Under the pieces are notes generated by a model. It saw only the letters and a program-made list of their open reading frames with translations, ran no database searches and was not told the DNA's origin. Shown here one piece after another: positions 51,667-61,685 of a stretch of 64,000 nucleotides of DNA (positions are counted from its first letter, which is position 1; each line of letters begins with the position of its first letter). Source of the stretch: Bacillota bacterium (GTDB taxonomy: Bacteria; Bacillota; DTU025); assembly GCA_028709305.1 (NCBI GenBank), contig JAQVXE010000001.1, positions 7,477 to 71,476 of the forward strand. The letters are read 5' to 3'. Both the position numbers and the translations under genes were made by a program.

Positions 51667-54327
51667 ATGGCTAAGACGGACATATCGACAACGTATAGTC
51701 CCAAGGAGATTGAAGAGTCAACTTACCAGTTCTGGCTCGACCGAGGCTATTTCCACGCAGAGCCTGACCCGGATCTGGAAAGGGAGCATTTTACGATCCT
51801 CATGCCCCCGCCCAACATCACAGGAACGCTTCACATAGGGCATGCTCTCGATTTTACGATCCAGGATATTCTCATCAGGTGGAAGCGGATGCAGGGTGCC
51901 AATGTCTGCTGGATACCTGGCACAGACCATGCGAGCATCGCCACTGAGGCGAAGGTCGTAGCGAGCCTGGCTACGGAGGGCATCTCCAAGGCTGATGTCG
52001 GCCGCGAGCGTTTCCTGGAGATCGCGTGGGAGTGGAAGGAGAAGTACGGCGGGGAAATCGTGGAGCAGCAGAAGAAACTGGGGGCATCGTGCGACTGGGA
52101 GAGGAAGCGCTTCACTATGGACCCGGTATGTTCCAAGGCAGTGCGTGAGGTATTCGTAAGGCTTTTTGAGAAGGGTCTCATCTACCGGGGTGACCGAATG
52201 GTCAATTGGTGCCCCAACTGCGGAACCTCCCTGTCAGATGTGGAAGTGGAACATGAGGACCTGGAGTCAGCCCTGTGGCATCTCAGGTATCCGCTGACGG
52301 ATGGGAGCGGCCATGTAGTGGTTGCTACAACCCGTCCAGAGACGATGCTGGGCGATACGGGGGTGGCTGTGAACCCCAAGGACCCAAGATACTCGGAGCT
52401 TGTGGGCAAGACAGTAATACTCCCCATTATGGACCGGGAGATCCCTATCGTGGCAGATGATCACGTGGATCCCAAGTTTGGCACCGGAGCCGTCAAGATC
52501 ACTCCTGCGCACGATCCTGACGACTTCGAGATCGGCGAGAGACACGGGCTGCCTCTAGTAACGGTCATAGGCCCAGACGGCATCATGACGGAAGAGGCGG
52601 GGAAATTCGCAGGCATGACTCGGGAGGAGTGCAGGTCGGCAGTGGTGGAAGAACTGAAGACCGAGGGATTTCTGGAGGAAATCGAGACCTACGAGCATGC
52701 TGTGGGCCATTGCCAGCGATGCGGCACTACCGTGGAGCCTATGGTGTCGAGACAGTGGTTTGTGAAGATGAAGCCCTTGGCCGAACCGGCGATTAGAGCA
52801 GTGAAGGACGGAAGCGTTAGGTTCGTGCCTGAAAGGTTCACCAAAACATACCTTAACTGGATGGAGAATGTGCGCGATTGGTGCATCTCCCGACAGCTTT
52901 GGTGGGGACACCGCATACCTGTCTGGTATTGTGAAGGCTGTGACCACATGTTTGCGTCTCGTGAAGATGCCGCCCAATGTCCGCAATGCGGAGGCCCTGT
53001 AAGGCAAGATCCGGATGTGCTCGACACCTGGTTCAGCTCGGCGCTGTGGTCCTTTTCCACCATGGGGTGGCCTGAGGAGACTCTGGAACTGAAGCACTGG
53101 CATCCAACGTCAGTGCTAGTGACAGGTTACGATATCATCTTCTTCTGGGTTGCCAGGATGATCTTCATGAGCCTGGAATTCATGGGCGAGAAACCATTCT
53201 CCGATGTGCTGTTGCACGGGCTGATAAGAAACCCGGATGGCTCCAAGATGAGCCGGTCGAAGGGGACGGGCGTCAACCCGCTTCAGATTATCGATGAGTA
53301 TGGGGCTGACACGCTCAGGTTCACCCTAATCACAGGAAACACTCCCGGAAACGACATCAGATGGCGCCCCGAAAAAGTGGAGGCATCGCGAAACTTCTGC
53401 AACAAGATCTGGAATGCCAGCAGGTTCGTGATGATGAATCTGGAAGATTTCGCGGCGCCGCAGGGAGGAGACGAACCGGAGGATCTGGAGTTTGACCTTG
53501 CAGATAGATGGATCATGTCGCGCCTGAACAGGGTGGCTGCCGAGATCACGGAGCTGCTGGGAAGGTACGACATGGGTGAGGCGGCACGAACCATATACGA
53601 GTTTGTGTGGGGCGAGTATTGCGACTGGTACATTGAGCTAGCCAAGCGCCGCCTGTACAGCGACGATGATCCGGCCGGCAGGCGCACAGCGCAGTACGTC
53701 TTATGGAAGGTGCTTGACGGTTCGCTCAAGCTCTTGCATCCTTTCATGCCGTTTATTACTGAAGGCATTTGGCAGCACTTGCCGGGCTCAGAAGAGAGCA
53801 TCATGATCGAGGCTTGGCCCACAATGGATGAAGCCTGGGTTGATGCCGAGGCCGAAGCCCATATGACCACTTTGATGGAGACTGTGAGAGCGATCAGGAA
53901 CATCAGGGCTGAGTTCAACGTGGCGCCGGGCAAGAAAGTTGACGCCATATTCCAAGCAGAGGGTGAGGCCTTCGATATCCTCAGCGGCAACATCGACATG
54001 GTTGTGCATCTCGCCGGCCTTGCCGGAGCAAGTGTTGAGCAGGTCTTTCAGAGCAAGCCGGAGAAGGCTGCTGCAGCCGTCGTACCGGGTATCGAAGTCT
54101 ATCTTCCACTTGCTGGTATGGTAGATATTGACAAAGAGACGGAGAGATTGCGCCGCGAGGAGGAGAACCTTCTGCGAGAGGTGAAAATGGCCCGTGGCAA
54201 GCTGTCGAATGAAGGCTTCGTAACGAAAGCGCCTGCCCATGTAGTGCAGAAACAACGCGACAGGCTCAGTGAATACGAGGAGAAGCTCGCAAAGATCAGA
54301 ACGAGAATAGCGCAGCTAGAGGGATAA
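51667..54327 (+). CDS. valS: Valine--tRNA ligase
   Basis: HIGH motif (PNITGTLHIGHAL), KMSKS (KMSRSKGTG), C-terminal coiled-coil; valS-folC synteny. Confidence 0.95.
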   Translation: MAKTDISTTYSPKEIEESTYQFWLDRGYFHAEPDPDLEREHFTILMPPPNITGTLHIGHALDFTIQDILIRWKRMQGANVCWIPGTDHASIATEAKVVASLATEGISKADVGRERFLEIAWEWKEKYGGEIVEQQKKLGASCDWERKRFTMDPVCSKAVREVFVRLFEKGLIYRGDRMVNWCPNCGTSLSDVEVEHEDLESALWHLRYPLTDGSGHVVVATTRPETMLGDTGVAVNPKDPRYSELVGKTVILPIMDREIPIVADDHVDPKFGTGAVKITPAHDPDDFEIGERHGLPLVTVIGPDGIMTEEAGKFAGMTREECRSAVVEELKTEGFLEEIETYEHAVGHCQRCGTTVEPMVSRQWFVKMKPLAEPAIRAVKDGSVRFVPERFTKTYLNWMENVRDWCISRQLWWGHRIPVWYCEGCDHMFASREDAAQCPQCGGPVRQDPDVLDTWFSSALWSFSTMGWPEETLELKHWHPTSVLVTGYDIIFFWVARMIFMSLEFMGEKPFSDVLLHGLIRNPDGSKMSRSKGTGVNPLQIIDEYGADTLRFTLITGNTPGNDIRWRPEKVEASRNFCNKIWNASRFVMMNLEDFAAPQGGDEPEDLEFDLADRWIMSRLNRVAAEITELLGRYDMGEAARTIYEFVWGEYCDWYIELAKRRLYSDDDPAGRRTAQYVLWKVLDGSLKLLHPFMPFITEGIWQHLPGSEESIMIEAWPTMDEAWVDAEAEAHMTTLMETVRAIRNIRAEFNVAPGKKVDAIFQAEGEAFDILSGNIDMVVHLAGLAGASVEQVFQSKPEKAAAAVVPGIEVYLPLAGMVDIDKETERLRREEENLLREVKMARGKLSNEGFVTKAPAHVVQKQRDRLSEYEEKLAKIRTRIAQLEG

Positions 54328-55158
54328 GTGATGATATCTGATTCCATGGATGGAAACATTGGGTCCGGGCCTCGAACTGGAGATAGTGCTCGTACGGAGC
54401 GCCGGGCCCGTCCCCCCTCAGGGGGCATCGCTGAGATGCTGAGGCGTGTGAACGAGGCTCTCGTCTGCATGTACGGGGCGAAACAACTGACGCCTAACTG
54501 GGATCCAGTTGGCGAGATGATCCACATCATACTGACGCAGAATACCTCGGACGTGAACTCCGATCGAACCTACGCCGCATTGCGACACGCCTATGCCTCA
54601 TGGGAGGATGTGGCCGCCGCGTCTCCGTCAGAGATTGCGGATTTGATCCGAATTGGAGGGCTTGCGGATATCAAAGCCGGACGCATAGTTGACGTGCTGG
54701 CGAGGCTGGAGGCCGACTATGGCCATATCAGCTTGGAGGCACTCTGTGACATGAATGATGATGAAGCTTTCGACTACCTCACATCACTGCCTGGCGTTGG
54801 CCCGAAAACCGCCGCGTGTGTGCTTCTGTTCGCCATGGGCAGGCCTGTTTTTCCAGTAGATACCCATGTACACAGGGTTGCGAATCGCATTGGCCTTGTC
54901 GATACGAAACAGCCTGCGGCTACCCAGGCAGAATTGGCTCCTGCTGTGCCGGATGATATCGTCTACCAGCTGCACATGAACATGGTGGAGCATGGTCGGC
55001 TAACCTGTCGCGCTCTTCGCCCGGAATGCGAGTGCTGCGCCCTCAGTGGCGGTTGCGCATGGGCCAAAACGCGAGCGGTCGGGGAGGATGCGACGAAGAG
55101 CTGCGCATCTGAACTGTCTGGAGCATGCTATGTGGCTGAAGGCCACGAGCAGGCTTGA
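54328..55158 (+). CDS. HhH-GPD superfamily DNA glycosylase (endonuclease III-like) with C-terminal Cys cluster; N-terminal ~35 aa extension uncertain
   Basis: HhH-GPD LPGVGPKTAACVLLFAMGRPVFPVDTHVHRV, C-terminal C-x6-C-x2-C-x5-C-like cysteines. Confidence 0.75.
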   Translation: MMISDSMDGNIGSGPRTGDSARTERRARPPSGGIAEMLRRVNEALVCMYGAKQLTPNWDPVGEMIHIILTQNTSDVNSDRTYAALRHAYASWEDVAAASPSEIADLIRIGGLADIKAGRIVDVLARLEADYGHISLEALCDMNDDEAFDYLTSLPGVGPKTAACVLLFAMGRPVFPVDTHVHRVANRIGLVDTKQPAATQAELAPAVPDDIVYQLHMNMVEHGRLTCRALRPECECCALSGGCAWAKTRAVGEDATKSCASELSGACYVAEGHEQA

Positions 55159-55227
55159 TCAAGCTGTTTGGACTGGGCGACGGCTTCCCGAGGAGCAAAT
55201 TTGTCCAATGAATGCGAGGCGCAGTTG

Positions 55228-56541
55228 ATGAAGTACGACGCAGCAGTCGGTTACTTGAGCTCTCTTACAAGGTTCGGAATGAAGCCAGGACTCGAGCGGA
55301 CTGAGGCTTTGCTTAAGGCGATGGGAAACCCGGAGCACAGGATGGCCCATATTCACATAGCCGGGACTAATGGCAAGGGCTCTGTAGCATCCATGCTTGA
55401 ATCGACGCTCAGAGAGGCTGGGCATACGACCGGGCTGTTCACATCACCACATCTTCGGCAGTATACCGAGCGAATCAGGGTGTGTGGCGACGAAATCCCT
55501 GAGCGGCAGTTCGCCGAGTTGATTGCGGAGATGGTGCCCGATATAGAGAGGCTCAGCGAGGATGATGCCATAGGGACGCCCACGGAATTCGAGGTGCTCA
55601 CCGCCGCCTGTTTCCTTTGGTTCATGCGCTCAGGTGTCGATGTGGCAGTTGTCGAGACGGGCCTTGGGGGCACCTACGACTCGACCAATGTAGTGCGTCC
55701 AAAAGTGAGTGTCATCACTCACATAGCCATGGACCATATGGATAGGCTGGGCAACACTCTTGCTGAGGTCGCAGCCAACAAGGCTGGGATCATAAAGCGC
55801 GGAGCGCCGGTGGTGACAGCGCCCCAGGATCCGGAGGCAATGTCAGTTGTGATGGCCAAAGCGAGAGATGAGGGAACCCTGGTTGCGGCTGTTGGTGCAG
55901 ATGTTCCCTATGAGCTGGTATCCGTGGACCTTTCCGGAACGACCGTGGAAGTGGATGCGCCGACACTCGGCCGAATTCGCCTGCACACACCCTTAGTCGG
56001 GCGTCATCAGGCGATGAATTGTGCAACCGCAGTGGCTGCTATTGACGCCCTGGCAGGGGCAAGAGGGATATCGCTTCCCCTTTCTGCGATATGCAGCGGG
56101 ATGGAAAAGGCACGCCATCCTGGACGGTTCGAAGTCGTACAGCAGCTGCCGTACACCGTGATTCTGGATGGGGCTCATAACCCGGACGGAGCGGCCAGTC
56201 TGGGCACAACTCTCCATGATGTGGCGTGCGGGCTCAGGCCCAGGGTAATGGTGTTCGGTGCATCTCGCGACAAGCCCGTTGGCGAAATGCTCCGATGGAT
56301 CGCGCCAGAGGTTGACGTCATTGTCGCCACAGCCGCGAGCAGCACCAGAATGGGAACGTGCGATCCCCACGAAGTGGCCGGCATTGCCAGGGAGATGGGA
56401 ATGGAGGCTCACGTAGTTATGCCTGCCCTCCGGGCCGTAGAGGCCGGGAGGGAAATCGCGCGCAAGATAGATGCCAAGTTGTTGCTAGTGGCAGGGTCGT
56501 TGTACCTTGTGGGCGAAGTCAGAGGGATATGGAGGGGCTAA
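55228..56541 (+). CDS. folC: Folylpolyglutamate synthase / dihydrofolate synthase
   Basis: P-loop IHIAGTNGKGS, Mur-ligase family motifs, position after valS. Confidence 0.9.
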   Translation: MKYDAAVGYLSSLTRFGMKPGLERTEALLKAMGNPEHRMAHIHIAGTNGKGSVASMLESTLREAGHTTGLFTSPHLRQYTERIRVCGDEIPERQFAELIAEMVPDIERLSEDDAIGTPTEFEVLTAACFLWFMRSGVDVAVVETGLGGTYDSTNVVRPKVSVITHIAMDHMDRLGNTLAEVAANKAGIIKRGAPVVTAPQDPEAMSVVMAKARDEGTLVAAVGADVPYELVSVDLSGTTVEVDAPTLGRIRLHTPLVGRHQAMNCATAVAAIDALAGARGISLPLSAICSGMEKARHPGRFEVVQQLPYTVILDGAHNPDGAASLGTTLHDVACGLRPRVMVFGASRDKPVGEMLRWIAPEVDVIVATAASSTRMGTCDPHEVAGIAREMGMEAHVVMPALRAVEAGREIARKIDAKLLLVAGSLYLVGEVRGIWRG

Positions 56542-57278
56542 GCTTGACGCATGACTTCTCAGAAATGGAACTGTTCCGAAAGGCCCGAGTCACCGTGCTT
56601 GTGGGGGCGTTTGGATCTGGAAAGACAGAGCTTGCGATCAACTTTGCCATGCGCATGAACGACGCGGGACGTGAGGTGGCATTAGTCGATATCGATATCC
56701 TAAAACCCATGTTTCGCTCCCGGGACAAGCGTCGCCACCTGTCGGAGAAGGGAATCCGTGTCGTGTCGAGTGTGGCTGATTACGAAGATGCAGACATTCC
56801 GGCGCTTTCCCCTGCAATCTACGGAGTCATCGAGGACGAATCCTTGGATGTTGTGATCGATGTGGGAGGCGACGATGATGGCGCCCGAATACTTGGAAGG
56901 TTCCGCAATGTGCTTGAGAGGGCCGGATACGAGATGCTGTATGTCGTCAATACTCGCAGGCCTTTTTCATCGACGCCCGAGGACATAGCCAACATGGTCC
57001 TTGCAGTTGAGGAGGCATCGAGACTAAAATGCACGGCTTTGGTGTCAAACACCAATCTGGGCTCTGAGAGTTCTGTCGAATTGGCGAAAGAGGGACTTGA
57101 TATTACGCAGCAAGCTGCAGAAACCTTGAGAATACCGGTAAGATTTGCAGTGATTGAGAAGGGAGTGGCCGATTCCTCCAGAGCTGATTTAGTCAATATG
57201 CTGCGCACTTATGGTGTGCCCGCGCTCGAAATGGAACGAACCATTTTGCCTCCGTGGGAAGGAATTGCACAGTCATGA
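56529..57278 (+). CDS. Uncharacterised P-loop NTPase (GAFGSGKTE Walker A); start ambiguous (ATG 56529 overlapping folC stop, or ATG 56565)
   Basis: Walker A VLVGAFGSGKTE, Walker B-like LDVVIDVGGDDDG. Confidence 0.5.
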   Translation: MEGLSLTHDFSEMELFRKARVTVLVGAFGSGKTELAINFAMRMNDAGREVALVDIDILKPMFRSRDKRRHLSEKGIRVVSSVADYEDADIPALSPAIYGVIEDESLDVVIDVGGDDDGARILGRFRNVLERAGYEMLYVVNTRRPFSSTPEDIANMVLAVEEASRLKCTALVSNTNLGSESSVELAKEGLDITQQAAETLRIPVRFAVIEKGVADSSRADLVNMLRTYGVPALEMERTILPPWEGIAQS

Positions 57279-57362
57279 GTGGTATTACACAAGAATAGAA
57301 GTATCTACTGAGGCGGGGTCATGCCCCGTACCGGATGAATCGAGCAAAGGAAGGGATCTTAC

Positions 57363-57962
57363 ATGCCGGCGAAGCGATCGTCCTCAGGCAGCGCTCTCTC
57401 ATGGATCTTTGCAGTGATCCTGATAAGCGTGGCCGCGGTCGGGGTTGGCTGGCTCATCGGGCAGCAAGTGCTGGGCTGGATTAATCCGAACCGAAGCTCA
57501 GTATCTGAGCAGGGCTCAGAAGATACTGGTGGTTACAGCTATTATCCCTGGAGCAGCTCGAATGGATCAAGCAGTGAGACGCAGCAGTCGCCGACAACAA
57601 CTACTCCCGACATTAATCTGCCCGTAAGCACTCTGCCCGGAAGTAGCACGGCCGAGGCCCCAACGTACGGAGTGGACAGTCCGTCTATGTCGAGTTCTTC
57701 CACTGATGGAGTTGGCACGACACAGGGTGTAGTCTCCGGTTCCGCTGCCAAGCAGTTTTACCGCGTGCGAGTGGGATCTTTCGGCACCAGAGAGGCCGCA
57801 ATGGCTGCCGCCAGCGAGCTGGAAGTCCAGGGCTACCCGATCTTCGTTACCGGTGGCGGACCATGGTCTGTTCAGGTTGGAGCATTCGCACTCAGAGAGA
57901 ATGCGATAGCACTAGGCGATACCCTTGCTAATCAGGGTTATGACGTTACCATAGTTGAATAG
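57363..57962 (+). CDS. SPOR-domain (peptidoglycan-binding) membrane protein with Ser/Thr-rich linker
   Basis: N-terminal TM, low-complexity linker, C-terminal SPOR fold FYRVRVGSFGTREAAMAAASELEVQGYPIFV...WSVQVGAF. Confidence 0.75.
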   Translation: MPAKRSSSGSALSWIFAVILISVAAVGVGWLIGQQVLGWINPNRSSVSEQGSEDTGGYSYYPWSSSNGSSSETQQSPTTTTPDINLPVSTLPGSSTAEAPTYGVDSPSMSSSSTDGVGTTQGVVSGSAAKQFYRVRVGSFGTREAAMAAASELEVQGYPIFVTGGGPWSVQVGAFALRENAIALGDTLANQGYDVTIVE

Positions 57963-58187
57963 GGGTAAGGGGTGATCGAGCAGGGCCTTGTTCTGCATCG
58001 TGTCTGGATTAGCGTATTTTCGGCCCGGGTGTAGCAGGTGAGTGGCGAGTTCAACCCTGGATATGCCAATGCTCTCCAGGACGTGCAGGAACGTCCCCGG
58101 CTGTCGTGGCACCAGCGCATTCTGATATAGCAGTCGAAGCGGATCGATAAGCAACGGCGATACGGGCCCGGCCGAGGCCCGATAGGC

Positions 58188-58637
58188 ATGGGCCGGGCCA
58201 ATTGTCTTATGGACGCATGTTCTTACATTGCGTTTAAGTGGAGGGAACGAGGTTTGAAACTTGCAGACATCCGCGATTTGTTAGGGGCGGAGGTTCTTGT
58301 GGGAGAGGACAAGCTCTCCACGGTTGAGATTGACATGGCGTGTGGCTCTGACCTTATCAGCGATGTGCTTGCTTTTTGTCACGACAATACTCTCTTGTGC
58401 ACAGGGCTGGTAACCGCGCAAATTGTTCGGACAGCTGAGATTGCCGGGTTGTCCACCATAATATTTGTGCGAGGGAAGAGGCCCGAGGAAAGCGTGATAG
58501 AGATGGGGAGAGCCGCCGGGATTCCCATGCTGGCAACCGATCTGCCTCTGTTTGAAACTTGCGGTCTGCTCTTTAGGGCGGGCGTCGGCGGGATTCGTCT
58601 TTGTGCCGATGGGAGCAGCCGATCAGGAGAGATCTGA
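58188..58637 (+). CDS. DRTGG-domain protein (start likely internal, ~58251 TTG)
   Basis: DRTGG-like core ...TGLVTAQIVRTAEIAGLSTIIFVRGKRP...; first gene of hydrogenase-like sensor cluster. Confidence 0.65.
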   Translation: MGRANCLMDACSYIAFKWRERGLKLADIRDLLGAEVLVGEDKLSTVEIDMACGSDLISDVLAFCHDNTLLCTGLVTAQIVRTAEIAGLSTIIFVRGKRPEESVIEMGRAAGIPMLATDLPLFETCGLLFRAGVGGIRLCADGSSRSGEI

Positions 58638-59140
58638 CAGTGTACCGCAAGAACGATAATGGACAAGCCATGGATCCTGCGGAAGTTACTCCATGCGGGG
58701 CGGCTCGTCCTTCCTCCGAACCCGTGCTTGAGATGAGCTTCGAAGTCGGCCACTACGATTTCGCTGCAGCCGGCGAGGCGGCCAGCAAGATCAAGCAGGT
58801 TCTCAGGAAACTGGGGATGGCGCCTGACGTAGTGCGTCGCGCAGCGGTGGCAGCGTACGAAGCTGAAATGAACCTGGTTATCCATTCTGTGGGAGGAAGC
58901 ATCCTTCTCCATGTCGACACGGAGAAGGTGACACTCGTTTCTTGCGACGAAGGTCCGGGAATGCCAGACATCAGCCTGGCAATGAAGGAAGGCTACTCAA
59001 CTGCGCCGGATGAGATAAGGGAAATGGGATTCGGGGCTGGAATGGGGCTTCCTAACATGAAGAGGTGTTCCGATTCGTTTTCCATAGAATCCGAGGTGGG
59101 ACGCGGAACGACTGTAACCGCATCAATCAGGATAGCCTAA
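58601..59140 (+). CDS. GHKL-type ATPase, anti-sigma-factor/Ser-Thr kinase-like (HATPase_c); start uncertain (~58662-58733)
   Basis: N/G1/G2 boxes: E..NLVIH, DEGPGM, GFGAGMGL. Confidence 0.7.
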   Translation: MCRWEQPIRRDLTVYRKNDNGQAMDPAEVTPCGAARPSSEPVLEMSFEVGHYDFAAAGEAASKIKQVLRKLGMAPDVVRRAAVAAYEAEMNLVIHSVGGSILLHVDTEKVTLVSCDEGPGMPDISLAMKEGYSTAPDEIREMGFGAGMGLPNMKRCSDSFSIESEVGRGTTVTASIRIA

Positions 59141-59203
59141 CCTAATGAAGCAAGCAGCTAGAACCCTGGCCAGTTCGCGTTCCATGGGGAGGTTGAGCTG
59201 TGC

Positions 59204-60538
59204 ATGGAGAGCCGGTTTCACTCCGTGAAACTCCTCGAGGAAAAGTGTAAAGGCTGTACCAACTGCATAAAGCGCTGCCCGACTGAGGCCATCAGAGTGC
59301 GAGAAGGTAAGGCTGTAATCAACGCTGCCAGGTGCATTGATTGTGGAGAGTGTGTTAGGACCTGCGAGAACCACGCCAAAACCATTATTGCCAATTCTCT
59401 TGAGGATCTTCGAGAATATGAGTATACAATTGCCTTGCCTGCGCCTGCCCTCTACTCGCAATTGGAGAGGGCGTCAGGACCGGATGAGATCGTGTGGGCT
59501 CTCCAAGAGATAGGCTTTGACGAGGTTTGCGACGTGTCGTTCGGTGCTGATATCATCACCGAGTGCACACGCAGGCACCTCATGTCTTTTCCGAAGCTCC
59601 GGCCGGTGATTTCCGGAGCTTGCCCTGCTGTAGTCCGCCTGATCCAGGTCAGATACCCAAACCTCCTTTCCCACGTGGCCAAAGTAGAAAGCCCGATGTA
59701 TGCAGCGGCTCGGGTAGCCCGGGCTGAAGTATCAAGCAGGCTCGGCATTGCCCACGATCGTATAGGGGTCTTTTTCATCACGCCCTGCGCGGCCAAGGTC
59801 ACTGCTGTTATCGCCCCTTTGGGCTCAGAGAAGTCATACGTAGATGGCGCGATTTCCATATCTGACATATACGGAGAGCTAATAACCAGAGTCGGGCAGC
59901 ATGGTGCTGCTCGACCAGTATACAGAGGGTCAAGCTTCGGTTTTGCATGGGCAAACAGCAGCGGAGAACTGAAGGCTTTGGGATTGCAGAACGTGTTGGC
60001 TGTGGATGGAATACACAATGTCCTTGATCTGCTTGAAGAGGTAGACAACGGCCGATTGGCCGGGGTCGACTACATCGAGGCTCTCGCGTGTCCTGCAGGA
60101 TGTGTTGGAGGTCCGGCAACTGTGGAGAACCCCTTTGTGGCCCGGGCCCGCATGATAGAGATCTCAAAGGCCGTTGAAGCCGGTTCGGATTATGCTCTTG
60201 CAGAGGCAAAGCAGGTGGTAGACAAGTACGGGGAAGAGTTCTTTGCCCTCCAAGGCGAGCTTGCTGCAGTTGCCGGCCTGGCGATCGATCCTCGCCTTGA
60301 GGTTGCCATAGCCAAGATGAGTGAACTGGAACGAGTTTTGGCCCGACTTCCGGGCTTGGATTGCGGGGCCTGCGGTTCGCCTACGTGCCGCGCACACGCG
60401 GAGGATGTTGTGTGCGGTCATGCCTCTGAGGTTGACTGCGTGTTCAAGTTGCGGGAGGCCATGGAAGAGGTTGCGGAGGAGCTCCTCAAGTTGGCTAAGA
60501 CGGACCTTCCGTCGCTGCAAAGGAGGAACGACAAATGA
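59204..60538 (+). CDS. Sensory [FeFe]-hydrogenase-like protein (HydS/HfsB-type): 2x[4Fe-4S] ferredoxin domain + H-cluster domain + C-terminal extra Cys4 motif; no PAS domain
   Basis: CKGCTNCIKRCP and CIDCGECVRTC ferredoxin motifs; H-domain L1 ISGACPAVV (proton-relay Cys replaced by Ala), L2 FFITPCAAKVT, L3 EALACPAGCVGGP; C-terminal CGACGSPTCRAH...C...C. Confidence 0.75.
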   Translation: MESRFHSVKLLEEKCKGCTNCIKRCPTEAIRVREGKAVINAARCIDCGECVRTCENHAKTIIANSLEDLREYEYTIALPAPALYSQLERASGPDEIVWALQEIGFDEVCDVSFGADIITECTRRHLMSFPKLRPVISGACPAVVRLIQVRYPNLLSHVAKVESPMYAAARVARAEVSSRLGIAHDRIGVFFITPCAAKVTAVIAPLGSEKSYVDGAISISDIYGELITRVGQHGAARPVYRGSSFGFAWANSSGELKALGLQNVLAVDGIHNVLDLLEEVDNGRLAGVDYIEALACPAGCVGGPATVENPFVARARMIEISKAVEAGSDYALAEAKQVVDKYGEEFFALQGELAAVAGLAIDPRLEVAIAKMSELERVLARLPGLDCGACGSPTCRAHAEDVVCGHASEVDCVFKLREAMEEVAEELLKLAKTDLPSLQRRNDK

Positions 60539-60879
60539 CTGTGCAGGAAATCGCCGACATTTTGGGCTTGAGATGCGTCGCAGGAGGCAAATCATTGGAG
60601 CGCGAGGTTTCATCGGGTTATGTGTCGGACTTGCTCAGCGATGTGATGGGCAACGCAAGGGATAGTGGCATATGGGTGACCTCACAGGTTCATCAGAATG
60701 TTGTGGCAGTTGCGCTGCTTCTTGACCTTGCAGCGGTAGTGATCGCAGGCGGGCTGGAGATGAACGACGATGCGCTTGCCAAGGCAAAAGCGGAGGGAGT
60801 GCCGGTTCTGTCAACCAAGATGTCGGCGTTCGAAGCGGTGGGCAGACTGTACGAGTTGGGTGTAAGGGGAGACGTCTAG
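60535..60879 (+). CDS. DRTGG-domain protein (second copy)
   Basis: Small 114 aa protein with DRTGG-like fold pattern (VTSQVHQNVVAVALLLDLAAVVIAGG); 4-nt overlap with hydrogenase-like gene. Confidence 0.65.
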   Translation: MTVQEIADILGLRCVAGGKSLEREVSSGYVSDLLSDVMGNARDSGIWVTSQVHQNVVAVALLLDLAAVVIAGGLEMNDDALAKAKAEGVPVLSTKMSAFEAVGRLYELGVRGDV

Positions 60880-60881
60880 GC

Positions 60882-61625
60882 ATGGTCCGGGCTTTCGCCG
60901 CCGACCTGCACGTCCACACTTACCTGTCGCCGTGCGCGGCTAGGGAGATGAGCCCGCAGGCAATAGTCGGACGGTGTCTCGAATTGGGCCTTGACATCAT
61001 TGCTCCTGCTGACCATAACTCAGCTGCAAACGTGGAGGCTATGGCACTTGCTGCCAGCGGCACAGGGCTTGTGGTTATCTGCGGCATGGAAGTTTGCACA
61101 AAGGAAGAAGTCCATGTAATCACCCTTCTTCCAAACGTTCGTGCCATGGCAGAATGGGAATCGAAGGTAGCGAGATCCAGGGCGCCTGGGGTGAATGCCC
61201 CTTCGATTTTCGGAGATCAATGGGCGTTTTCGCCGCAGAGCGGCGACATTGTTCAGGAGACGTCTCTCTTGGCTGCCCCGACATTGCTGTCTCTAGAAGA
61301 GATTGTGCAGGGCGTTGGAGCCCTGGGAGGCATCTGCGTGCCGTGCCACGTTGACAGGCGCGCGTTCAGCATCCTGGCACAGCTGGGATTCGTTCCTGAG
61401 CATTTGGACATTCCTGCGCTGGAAGTATCCAAGGTCATCTCCCAAGCTGAGGCTAGACGGGCGTTCCCCGCGACATGCGGCCGCACTCTGGTCTCTTTTT
61501 CTGATGCCCATTCCCTGAACGAGATTGGGTTGGGCTGTTCTCTTTTTTGGCTCGAAGAGCCGACATTCGATGAGATCGTGCTTGCTCTTCGCGGAGAGGC
61601 GGGAAGATACGTTGAGGTGGAGTAG
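60882..61625 (+). CDS. PHP-domain phosphoesterase
   Basis: PHP metal-binding motifs DLHVHTYLSPCA, PADHNS, later His/Asp residues. Confidence 0.8.
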   Translation: MVRAFAADLHVHTYLSPCAAREMSPQAIVGRCLELGLDIIAPADHNSAANVEAMALAASGTGLVVICGMEVCTKEEVHVITLLPNVRAMAEWESKVARSRAPGVNAPSIFGDQWAFSPQSGDIVQETSLLAAPTLLSLEEIVQGVGALGGICVPCHVDRRAFSILAQLGFVPEHLDIPALEVSKVISQAEARRAFPATCGRTLVSFSDAHSLNEIGLGCSLFWLEEPTFDEIVLALRGEAGRYVEVE

Positions 61626-61685
61626 CAGTTTCTATCTGTGGTAAGTCCATCTGCGGGGTAGACTGTACAGAAATGGCGGTGCGGC

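Noticed and set aside
58601-58661. N-terminal 20 aa of the first GHKL ATPase ORF overlapping the DRTGG gene
   Set aside because: It likely starts at an internal ATG (58662 or ~58733). The overlap region shows no conserved residues and the start remains uncertain.
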